DNA of 60,924 nt, counting the filler, from Catajapyx aquilonaris (lineage: Eukaryota): NCBI GenBank assembly GCA_000934665.2. It is 2 parts of 2 records of this genome, joined end to end, with 100 filler letters (N's around TTAATTAATTAA, not from the genome) between each part and the next. Parts side by side here need not be neighbours in the genome. Positions count along the whole stretch, not along the records: positions 1 to 30,744 come from JYFJ02004689.1; 1 more part is not named here. The stretch is one strand, 5' to 3'. The notes beneath the pieces were generated by a model. That model was not told the DNA's origin, ran no database searches, and was given only the letters and a program-made list of their open reading frames with translations. Made by a program: the position numbers and the translations under genes. Positions 10,296 to 22,200 of the stretch are shown one piece after another (position 1 is the stretch's first letter; each line of letters opens with the position of its first letter).

Positions 10296-13200
10296 TTAGT
10301 TGTTGTCGACGCGAGACCTCCTGGGCTTCTTGCGCTGCTTGCGGATGGGTTTGACGTACACCACCTCTTCTGAGCTCTCCTGATCCTGCTCGTTGTCATA
10401 CGAGGTCAGGTCCTTCCATCTCTGCAACAGACAATGAATAAAGATGAGTGATGGCCAACACGCAACGAGTGGAAATGCAACGTCACAGAATGCCATCCCA
10501 ATAATAATTACCTTCATGAAGTTGTCGATGGAGGGTGAGACGCACTTCTGGCACATGACCTGTCCGATTCCATCCCGGTCAGGGACGCAGTCGCACTTCT
10601 GGCAGTCCGAGGGCTCTGCAGAGAGGGCCACTCGGCGGCTGAAGACGTCCGCAAACTTCTTGGCCTGGTTGGGCTTGTCTGCGGACACCCTGGTCAGGGT
10701 GAAGAGGGTTCCGTTGGTCTCCAGGGCCAGAGGGGTGCAGAAGTCCTTGGGGATGACCAGCTGGCGACGAAGGGCCACGTCTCCAGACAGGCGCCGGCTC
10801 TGGCGGGCAGTGTACGCGGAGTCAGAGTCGAAACCAAAGATCCTGGCCTCGTCCTCTGGCTTGTTGACGTTCTGCTGAGGTGGAAGAAGAAGAGAAAATA
10901 GGGGTGTGAATGCTGGTCACTCCATACACGTGGAAATAAGTGGAAAAGACTATGGCACGTACATGAAGAGAAATCTTCTTTGGAGTCAGGACGTGGAGTG
11001 TGATGTCGTTCTCGACCAGGATGGCCAGGGTGTCCCCGTATGCCTCGTCTTCCTGGCAGGTGTTGCAGTGGGCCAGGACGATGGTCTTGGACACTCCGGG
11101 GCGGAAGGAGAAGCGGGAGGCGTAGCTCAGGACCTGGGTGATGTCCGTGTCTACATCTCCGTCGTAATCGATGCTGCGGGTACAACATGACGCAATTATT
11201 AGACGGCGTGTTCTCATCAAAGCATTATTTCGTCTGGCTGGGGCGACTTACTTGTCAAAGGCCTTGGCAACGCTCCTCTTGTTGGTCCACTGCTGCCCCT
11301 CCGAGGTGTGGACGTGGGCCTGGGCGTGGATTCCGTCTCCTCCGAATCCGACCACGGCGTACCGGTTGTCGTAGAGGCCTCGCTCCTTCAGGGCGACCTC
11401 CAGGTCAGCGGGAAGGTTGGCGATGAACTGGGCCTGGTCGGCCAGGCACTTGCGCTCTTCCACCACAATCACCACGTCGGCTGACCTGGGAGCAGTGCCC
11501 TCGAGGTCCCTGCTCTCTCCGGCGGTCAGTACGGTGCCATCAGACATCTCGCAACGGACTGTATAAGGAGAAGAGACATGTTATATACACTGCTGATCAT
11601 CATCAAAGACGTCCACAAGAAAAAGTAGTGATGCTCACCGCACTCTGGAGGCATCCAGATGTCGACTCCTTCGCTCTTGCAGACAGAGACGTACGCGGCT
11701 GCTGCCGTGCACACTCCCTGGTCCTTCTTTGGCTTGTTGGTCATGGCCTGGACGTCGAACTCGCACATTCGGCGGAAGAAGTCTGGCTTGACCTTCTCGA
11801 AGCAAGGGTGGAGGGCGGACTGGGCGTCCTCGAACATCTCTCGGCAGGCCCTCTTGGAGTACTCGGAGATCTCCTCCTCTTTGGGGGCAAAGTTCTTGAC
11901 CTTGCACTTGTTCTGTCCCACCTTCCAGCTGTGGGCAAAGTCCTGGACGTTGTCCTTGACCTCCCTCTTGGGGGTGGACAGGTCGTTGCTGGGCTCGTTG
12001 TCGTAGGTGCCCAAGAGTCCTCCGGTCCTCCCGTAGTGCCAGCCAGAGACGTAGACCGTGCACACGTCCCTGTACAGGTTGCAGTCCACGCTGAGGCCGT
12101 CCTTGTTCTCCACCTGGATGCGGCTTCCTTCCCTCCTGACCGTGGTCATTCCCACCTCCACGGGCATCTCCACCTTCTTCCCGTCCAGGGTCACCTTCCC
12201 GCTCATGTCAATGTCGATCATCTTCCCCTCGCTCAGGACAGAGATGGACTTCTTCACCACGTCTCCCTTCTCTCCAGCGTAATTCACCACCACCGAGAAC
12301 CGGTTGTGCAAAAAGTCGCTGGCCAGAAGGTAGCTGCACTCTCCGGCGAACTCAAAGAAGCGTCGGTCAAAGGTCATGTAGTGCTGCTTCCCAGCCACAA
12401 GTGCCCGAGCTCCAAAAGGAGGAAGGATGGAGCGCACGTCAAAGTCTGGGGCCACGTTCCTGATGGCGTGGACGAACTTGTGGGCGTATCCGGAGACGTC
12501 CAGCTTGCTGCTGGTGTCCACCTTCCTCAGGAAGGGCAGCTTGTCCAGCTTGGGGGCGCTGGAGAAGTCCTCCCACTCGAAGGGAAGGTTCTGGGTGTAC
12601 TCGACGCGGCCGACCTTGGGCTCGTACACCACCACGTTGCTCAGGTCCAGGGAGGACATGCCGTCCGCCTCCTGCATCAGGCGCTTCACCTGGGTGTCCA
12701 CGTGTCTCAGGACCTTGCGGGCGCCGTCCTTCACCTTCTGGTCCATGTCCCAGTAGCGCCAGGCCCACGCCGTCTGCTGGTAGACCCTGTTTCCGACGTC
12801 GCTGGTGTACTTGACCAGAGGGAGCTGCCGGAACTTGTCGTAGTGGCCAGACACGGCCTCGTTCATGGCCGAGAAGTAGGGCCGGTAAGGCTTGGTCACC
12901 TCCTCCGCGTGCTCCACCACCTTCTGCACCACGCTGTTGTAGTACTTCCTGGCCGAGTCCACGTAGTACTGGAAGTGGAATTCCTCCAGCCAGCTGGCGT
13001 AGTCCTTGTACAGGCTCAGCACGGTCTGGACGGCCTCGTTCTCCAGGATCTTCTGCCGGATCTCTTCAATTCGGTCTGGGGATCGATCGAGTGAATAATA
13101 AGAACAATGTTCCAGTGGTACCGTATACATGATGATTGTGAGTGAGCGCCCCTTACCTTCAACGGCCTTCTTCATGTCCTCGTATTGCGCCTTCAAGCTG

Positions 13201-16200
13201 TGGTACACGTCCTCTGCCCTCTGGTAGAACTGACGGATGCCCAGCGTGTAGTAGTCCAGGTATTCCTTGGCCATGCTGTGGTACTCGTCGATCTTGTCCA
13301 TGACGACCTTCTCCAGGCCGCCCAGGTTGTCCTTGAGCATGCTCTTGGCGTCGGCGTAGTACCGGCGGAGGAGCTGGATGCGACCCTGCACCCGAACCGC
13401 GTACTGCTCGAATCCTTCCCGGATCAAGACGCTCCTCTCGGAGCAGTGCTGGTAGGTCTGCACGGCCAGGGTCGAAGCAATGTCCCAGGCGGAGGACACG
13501 GTGCCCCCCACCACCTGAGCCACGGATGAGAAGACCTCTCCGGTGGCTCCAAGCATGCATCCCAAGTTGTCAGAAGCCCTTTGTCTGCATGGAAATGATG
13601 GTTAAAGAGACATTCAACTACGATAATGGAACTGAAGGTAGTGCTGCAACGGTACTTACGCAGAGTTCTGGATGCTCTTTGCTGCCGAGTTGTAGTAGGC
13701 GACCATGTCTCTGAGGTAGAAGTCGTTGTTCCGGTACATGCGCCTGACCTGCCTGAAGACCCCCTTGAAGTCCTCGTGGAGGGAGCGCATCTCCTTCCTG
13801 GAGTAGGAGCCCAGCTGGTCCCAGGTCTCCCTGAAGGTCGGGATGATGAGGGAGCTCTTCCCTGTGAGCTCCTGGTCCACGAATCCGGAGAGGGTGTTGA
13901 AGGCTCCCTGGGTGGAGTAGTAGAGTCCGGAGTAGGAGTCCAGGGCCGCCTCTGCCGCGTCGGAGAAGACCTCTGGGCGCCAGTAGACGCGGCTGGAGAG
14001 GATCTGGCTCGTGTTCAGCTTGGTGGCGACCATCCCGTCGATGATCTCCTTGCCGTAGCTGTTGCGGGAGATCTTGAGCATCACCTCTCGGTTGTTCTCG
14101 GGCATGCCCGCGGCGATGGTCAGGGTGTTGTATCGGTCAATGTCCAGCTGCACGTCCACGTACTGGGGCTTGAGATGTCCCTCGATGGCCAGGGCCTTCT
14201 GGTCGTCCACCTTGGTCACCAGCTTGGTCACGTAGCTTCCGTCCTTCTCGTTCAGGGATCCCATCAGTGCAAAAGACTGCTCCGTGGATCTCAGCTCCAT
14301 CTCGATCTCGTTCCTCAGCCGCTGGATCTTGCTCTTCAGCTCCAGGAGGCGGTGCTGTCCGTAGTGGTCCTGGTAGTTGATCTTGAAGCCTCCCGAGGTG
14401 GCCTCCTCGTCCATGGACAAGTCCGTGGTCAGGCGGAGGTCCAGGTTGGACACTGGGTGACGGGCCGCCAGGATGACCTGGTGACCCCGGCTGCCCTGCT
14501 GCACGACGGAAGCCTCCATCGAGAGGTGGTTCTGCTGGTACGGGGAGTACTGCATCTCCATCTGGACTCCGAAGAGCTGCTTCCCGGTGCGGGAGTACTC
14601 GCCCTTCAGGACCAGGTCATTCTCCAGTCCAGAGTGGATCAGGGACAGTTCAGCATGGCGGGAGGTCTTGCCTATGCGATATAGAGGAATCATTGGAATT
14701 AGGTCCAGCAATATGTGAGTCATACGGAGATTGAAATGGGTGACTTACCCCAACTGCTGGTGTCTGCTGTTACGAGTTGGAATCCAACGCGCTTGCTTCG
14801 GTCTCTCATGGCGTCCCATTTGAACTCGGCTGAAGTGGAGCTCTCGCTGCTGACAAAGGCATGGTGCGATTCGACCTCGAAGGATCGGAAGGGAAGGTCC
14901 AGTCGGAGGACGGAGCTGTACTTGACGTCGCTTCCGGAGTCGTCCTGGAGGAGGACCCTGTAGCCGATGGCCTTGCCCTCGGTCCAGGAGAACTGGAAGA
15001 CGTGGTCCAGCTTGGAGGAGGTGTGCTCCAAGCCCATGTCCAGGGAGACGACGCGGTTGGGAACCATGAACTTGGCCTTGATCTCCTTCCCTCGGCGTTG
15101 CTGGAAGGAGACTTGCGCTCCCAGGGTGGACTCCATCCGGTTGTCCAGGTCCCAGCAGAGCTCCCCTCGGATCTCCTTGGTCTCTTCTCCGTTGCTCAAG
15201 GTGTAGGTGAGGGAGACGGGTCGGATGGGGTTGCGCACCTCGATGGTCTTGGTCCTCTCGTCCGAGACGACGGCCAGGCTCAGGACCTGCTGCTCGTTGT
15301 AGTGGGCGCTGGCTCCCAGCTCCAGGCCGCCGCGGCCGGCCTTGTCCTTCTGGAGGCGGAAGGCGGCCGAAGCAGTCTGGAGGGCGTCGAAGGGGGTGCT
15401 CAGACTCAGGTCGGCGTCGATCCCGTCCTGGAGGAAGTTGGCGCCGGAGCTGAAGGTGATGGACTCTCGGTTCAGCTGGGCCACGAAGCGGGCTTGGGCC
15501 AAGTCGCTCTTCAGGGTGGCCTCCGCACTCACTCCCAGGTCGAAGGAGGCGGCCTTGCTCTCCAGCTTGGCCACGTACCCTCCGTCCTGGAAGCGGTGGA
15601 CCAGGTGGGCAGAGAAGTCCTCGTATCCTCGGAAGGGGGTGCTGAGACGGGCAGTGCCGGTGGCGTGAAGCCAGTCCTCAAAGTCGTAGTCCAGCTCCAG
15701 GCCAATCTTGCTGGCTCCAGGGTACTCCAGCTCGGCGTGGGCAGTCTTCCCCTGGTCGTATCTCAGGGTGACCACGTATCGGTCGTATCCTCTGAAGGGA
15801 GTGGAGATCTCCAGGGTGGCCTGCTGGGGCTGCCCCGGCTGGACTCGGAGGCTGGAGCTCATCTCCAGGCGCTGGTTGTTCCACATCAGGTAGGCGGAGG
15901 CCTGTCCCCAGTCCTTCAGGTTGGCCTCTCCCTTCACGTCCCAGCTCAGGTGCCGGTATCCCTCGAACGGGCTGTTGACCTCCACTCGGACAGAGTAGGC
16001 CTCGGCGTAGCTGACCACTGCGCGGCCGTCCATCCTCTGGCCCTCTGGCCACTCGCACGCAGCCTGGACTTCCAGTTGGCCGTCCCTGTTCTTGAAGGAC
16101 CCGGTGGCAGAGTACTGTCCCTTGGGGGTGGTCAGGGTCAGGCGAGGCTCCAGGTCGTGCAGGGGCAGACTCAGCTGCACTCCCAGGGTGGCGTAGTCTT

Positions 16201-19200
16201 GGAATGGAGTGTGCACTTGGGCGGAGGCCTCGATCCCGATGCTGGAGTGCTGGAACCTGGCCGAAGCGCCCATGCTGGAGAAGGTGGAGCTCTGGAGTTC
16301 CAGCTCCAGCTCGCAGCCCTTCTCCTGCTGGATGCGCACCACTCCGCTCAGGTGGACGGACTTGAGGGGGTCGTAGGGAGTGCTGATGTCCAGGGAGCCT
16401 TCCATGTTGGCGTAGTTCTGGAACTGGAGGTGGCAGGCGGCGCGGTAGGTCTGCTTCTGGAAGGTGGCGGACACCTCTGTCTGCAGGTTGCGGTAGTCGT
16501 CCAACTGAGCACTGGCGCGTCCGCTCATCTGCTGGAAGGACAGCAGCGGAGAGTCCACCTGGAACTCGGCCTCGAAGGGCTCTGGCTGGAAGCGAGCGGA
16601 GGCCTTGTGGATCTGTCCCATCACCTGGACGGTGGCGGTCACTTCCTTCTGGCGGTCACCGAAGCGGACCTCGGCGTCGATGGACACGTCTTGGATCTGC
16701 GGCAGGTCCATGTGGGCCTTGAGGCTGGCGTAGTCAGGTCGGCGGACAACGGTTGCCGAGACGGTGTGCGGGCCAGAGTTGGTCCTGCAGGAGGCGGACA
16801 CGTCCAGGATTCCTCCAGAGTTCTTGAAGAGGACTCCCAGTCCAAGGCGGCGGTGGTGCAGCAGGGGAGACTCCACGTCGACGGAGAGGTCGTAGCCGTC
16901 GGTGTACTTGAGGGTGTACTCCACGGAGTGGGTCACGTCGGGGATCTCCAGCCTGGCTCGGCCTCTCTCCAGTGTCCCGGAGGCTGAGGCTTCCAGTCGG
17001 CCCACGACGGGGCTGTCCACCTTTCCAGAGATGGCGAGTTCTGGTTCCATGCTGAAGGATGCCTGGACGCTGTGGGTGGCCTCTCCGGTGAAGGAGGCTT
17101 CCACGTCAAAGTTCCTGTAGGACTCGGGCAGGCGCAGGGAGAAGCTGTAGGCCTTTCGGAGGTCGAAGGAAGGGGCGTTGACGTCGGCGTGTGCCGACAC
17201 CTGCCTCCCGTCAAAGACGTATCCGGCGCTGGCGGTCAGGCTGCTGGATGGGTAGGTGGCCATCACGGAGCCCTGCACGGATCGGTACCCGTCGCAGCTT
17301 CCTCGCAGGGTCAGACCCAGGTTGCTGTACCTCGTCTCCAAGACGGGCAGCTCCAGTTTGGCTTCCGCCTGAACCTCGTTGTGTCCCAGGTGGTAGCTGG
17401 CGGAGACCTTGTTCTGGTCCAGGTAGATCTGTCCTTCAGCCTGCCTCAGTCCCTCGGACTTGTAGAGTCCTCCGAAGCGGACGTCCCTCTTGTAAACGGG
17501 GCTGTTGATGGCCAGCTCCACGTCCAGGCCGCTGGACGACAGGACGTAGGAGCCTCTGGTCTGGTAGAAGGAGTCGGGAAGGCTCAAGGAGAGGTCAAAG
17601 TCTGCGTTCTCGTCGGATGGACGCCTCAGGGTTCCCTCGGCGGACAGCTTGCGCAGGCCATCGAAGGGCAGCTCCAGGCTGAACTTGGCGTCCAGGATCC
17701 TAGGGTTGGCGTAGTTCAGTGCGGCGGAGGCAGACAAGGTCTTTCCTGCTGCTCCGGAGGAGAAGGAAGCCTCCAGGACGCCTGGCCTCTCGTTTCGGAA
17801 GGAGGCGGACACGTCCAGCTCCGGGATGAGTTGGAACGGGGTGGTCAGGTGGAGGCGACCCTGGTGGCTGCTCTTCTCGCTCTCCAGGCTCACGTCCAGG
17901 GCGACCCGGTCGATGCGGTGGAAGGGCGTGTCCAGACGGAGGGACCCTTGGATGTACCTGTACCCCCTGATCTTGAGGGAGGCGTCCAGCTCCATCTTCT
18001 GTCCGTCCACGTCCAGGGTGGTCCTCACTCCGTACTGGTCAATGTCCCGTCCGATGCTGCTGCCCACGTCCAGGTGGTGTCCGTTCCAGTTGCTCTTGGC
18101 GGAGGCCTCCATCCTTCCAGGGTGGTGCTCCAGCGATCCGCTGAGTCGGACGGTCTTGGCGTGCTCGAAGGGGGTCTCCAGAGACAGCTCGATCTCTCCG
18201 GCCCTGATGGACCCAGAGAAGTGGATCCTCTCTTGGGGCGACCACTCCAAGGACGTGGAGGCCGCCAGGATGTCCTCCGACCTCTCGTAGTAAGAGTGGA
18301 AGGCCAGGTGGTCCAGGCCGGGAATGGGGCTCCTCAGAGTGGCGTTGAAGGAGAACACTGGGTACTCCGCCTCGTACGAGCAGGTCACCTGCACCTCCTT
18401 ATTGTCTCCGTAGTGGAGGCTGACGTCCCCAGAGTTCTTCTCGAACCGGGTGCTGACTCGGACGTCCTGGTTGTAGAAAGGGGTGGACACCTTCACCTCC
18501 CCGCTGCCCACTCCGTCTCTGTACTGCCCCGACCCTCGCAGCTCCATCTTCTTCTCTCCCCACTCGACGGACACCGCTGCGTTCTTGTACTCGGAGGCGT
18601 AGTCCAGCTCGATCTTGGCTGCTGCTGACCGCACGGACTCGAAAGGCGTGGCCAGTCGGACGTAGCCGACGGTGCGGTTGTGGTCCACCACTGCGTTGGC
18701 CTCCATCTCCAGCCTCTTCCCGCCCCATTCGACCACCACCTTGCCGCTCTTCTCCGTCTTGGTCACGTCGTAGCTGGCCTCGAAGGACAGCCTCTCCAGT
18801 CCCTCCAGCGGAGACTGGAAGGAGAGGTGGGCCACGCCCTGTCCGGACTGGATGTGCAGCTTCCCGCTCACTTCCACGGTCTTGTCTCCGCATCGGACCA
18901 CGACGTGGGCCTGTCTCTCTCCGCTGTTGGCGTAGGTGGCCTCCAGGGATGTCTGTTCGTAGCCTCGGAAGGGCGTCGAGAGGCGCAGTTCCACTCGTCC
19001 TTGGTGCTTGCTGACGGACGAGGTTCCAGAGAAGGACACGCGCTTTCCATTCAGATCGCCGTGCAGTTCCAGGGACCTCTCCACGTCGTGCAGGGAGTAC
19101 TTGAGTCCCATCTCGAAGGACCGGACGGCCCTGAAGGGAGAGGAGAACTCCAGCTTGGCCTCGTCCTTCTTCCACTGGGCCTCCAGTTTGACCTCGCTCT

Positions 19201-22200
19201 GTCCGGAGTATCTGAGGGCGGCCTGGGCGGAGAAGTCGTAGGACAGGTCGTAGCTGGCCTCGAAGTGGACGTCTTCCACGTCGGTCGACTTGAACTCGGC
19301 CGAGACCTGCGCTCCAGTGTCGGTTCCCTTGAGGGAGGCCTCCATCTCCACCTTGCTGCCCTCCCTCCTGGCCACCAGCACGGCGTGCTTCTGGCTTCCG
19401 GTCAGCTGGAACCTCGTCTCCAGGCCCATGGCGGTGTATCGCCGGAAGGGGCTGGACATCTGGACCTTTGCACTGCCCTCGCGGATTCCGCTCAGGCGAC
19501 CGCTGCCAGAGGCCTCGATCTTCTGGGATCCGTACGTTCCAGTGAAGGCGGCGCTCTTCTCGGAGGAGGCCAGGTCGTACTCGAGTTGGACTGAGATGGG
19601 GGCAGTGAACGGAGCCGTGAAGGAGGCCCTCGCCTCCAGCTTCTTCTTGCCGCCGTCCAGTGTACAGTGTGCCTGGAGCTGGATCTTGTCCTCCTGGTTG
19701 TACTGGAGAGAAGATTCCAGGGAAATGTCGTTTCGGGTGTCCAGGTCAAAGGTGAAGGCAATGTTCTCCAGGCCAGATATTGGGCTGGTGAATGACAAGT
19801 CGGCCTTGGCCACGGACTGGTCGTAGGTGGCGCTTCCTTTGAGAGCAATCCTTCCTCGGGTCCAGTCGTAGTGGGAGGAGATGTCCAGCGTCCTTCCAGC
19901 AGCGTTCAGTTGGAACTTGACGCTCTGGGTGGCAAAGAAGGAGGAGGAAGCAGAAGCCTCCAGGTCGATGCTGGACCAGCCCTGGTGCTTCATGGAGCCA
20001 GTGATCTGGATCGTGCCTTGCTTGCCCAGGTTGACAGATGCCTCCAGCCGCTTGTCGCCGCGACCGTTGTCCAGCTGGTAGTCGGCCTCGATGGTCTCGA
20101 ATCCGGGTATGGTGGAAGTGAAGGTGAAGCGGCCTTGGGAGGCTCCCTGGAGAGAGGCGGTGACCTTGCATCGGAAATCCCCGACCTTGATGGTGCCCTC
20201 GGCAGAGCGGAGGTCGCTGGCCACCTTCCAGTCGCCAGACGCGTCCACCTTTCCAAACTGCACCAGGTCAGCCTTCAGGTCAAAGTTGCCTTCCCTCGGG
20301 GTCACCATGAAATCAGCGGATCCGGACACCTCCTTCCCGCTTCCGAATCTGGCGGAGTATTCCAGGTGCTTCTGCCTGCTGGCAAAGTCGTACTTGCCGG
20401 ACACGCTGTACTTGGCGTCGGCGCCGGTGACGTGGGCCATCAGCTCGCCCTGCTGGGTTGGCTCTCCGGAGTAGGACGCGGTCAGGGAGTAGTCGGTGGA
20501 CTTGAGGTCAGCGGACAAGGCCTTGCGACTGCCGCTCAGGTCGTACTTGGCGTTGCCGCTCAGCCTTCCGATCCCGTAGTACACGAGGTCTCCCACGAAG
20601 GAGAGCTCCATCCTCGAAGGACCCATCTCGCATCGGGCAGACACCTCGTTGGTGTACCCGTTGTGGGTGACGGCCACCTTGACGTACTTCTTGGATCGGG
20701 AGGATTCGTACTCGCCCTTGACGGAGATCTTCTCCAGCTTGGGGATGGAGGATTCCAAGGACCCTTCGAACCCGGTGGCGGTGTACCTGCCTTCCAGGTC
20801 GAACTTTTCCCAGTTCCTGATTGGCGTGGAGATCTTGATCTCGACGGACTGCCTGTCGTGGATGAGTTGAGCGGACGCGGCCTTCTTCCCGCTTCCGGAA
20901 TCCCACTCGACGGCCAAGGTCTTCTGGCTGGGACTCTTCTCGTACCTTCCACTGACGGCCAGCTTCTCTCGCTGGTACGGAGTGGAGATCTGGGCCTCGA
21001 ATTCCATCTGCTGCTCGGAGTAGGTGACTGTCCCCGAGAGTTCAAACTGTTCGTTGTTCTTGTGTCCGGCCATCTCCAGCACCTTCTGGCTGCTCCTCAG
21101 GTCGTACTTGGCCTTGGCGCTGATGCTCTCCCAACCGTAGAAGGGCGTCTTGGCTGAGAAGTCGACCTCGGCCTGTCCTCGAGACATGACCTCCACTGCA
21201 CCGTTGGCTTCGATGGATTGGCGTCCGATCCTGGCCACCATCTCCACGGCCTTCTTTCGGCTGCCCATCAGGTCGTACTTGATGGCGGCGGACAGGTCCT
21301 CGGTGTAAGGGGACCTGATCTGGATCTGCGCAGAGTTCGAGTCGAACTTGAGGGTGGCCGCCACGTCTCCCCTGGCTCCGTTCTTGTCCCAGGCGATGGA
21401 GGCCTCCTTCTCTTCCTTGCCGTTCCTGAACTTGCCCGCGACGGACATGTCCTCGTAGTTGCGGAATGGGGTCATCACTCGCACCTTGGCTCCGTCTTGG
21501 GCCATGGCCACTTCTCCGGAGAAGTCCTGGGCCACCCCGTTCCTCTCCAGGGTCAGCCTCCCGGCGTAATCTCTCTGGAAGTCGTAGCTGCCTTGGACTG
21601 AGAGGCTCCTCCAGTCCTCGAAAGGAGTGCTGGCCGCGACCTTGCCCTCTCCAGTTCTTCCGTGGACAAAGCCAGAGGCGGTCACCTCGATCTTCTCGCT
21701 GTTCTTGGCTGCGCTGATGTGGGCCGTCTTCTCCTGCTGCTGGAAGTTGTACCGGCCAGACAATCGCAGGTTCTCGTACCCGCTGACTGGAGAGGTCACC
21801 TGCAGCTGCACCTCGCTCTGGTCCGAAGAAACGACGCCGCTGGCGGATACCTCTGCGGCCCAGTTGGGCTTGGACACCGTGGCGTGGACGCGCTTGTTGC
21901 GTCCGGACACGTCCAGGGTCCCGGAGGCGGTCAGGGTTTCGTATCCGGGGAAAGGGGTGTACAGGCTGACCGAAAGAGAGTCCTTCTCCTGCTTCACCTC
22001 TGCTCGGAACTTGTGTGCCGCGCCGTTCTTCTCCAGGACCAGAGAGGCCATCTTGTGGGATTGGGAGCTGAAGTCGTACTCTCCTTCCAGGCGGAGTGAC
22101 TCGTAGTGTCGGACGGGGGTGGTCAGCTTGGCGTTGAGGCCTGCCTTGGCCCCCCTCTTCTCCAGCAGGGCCGAGGACACAAGCTCGTAGCGGTCCTCGT

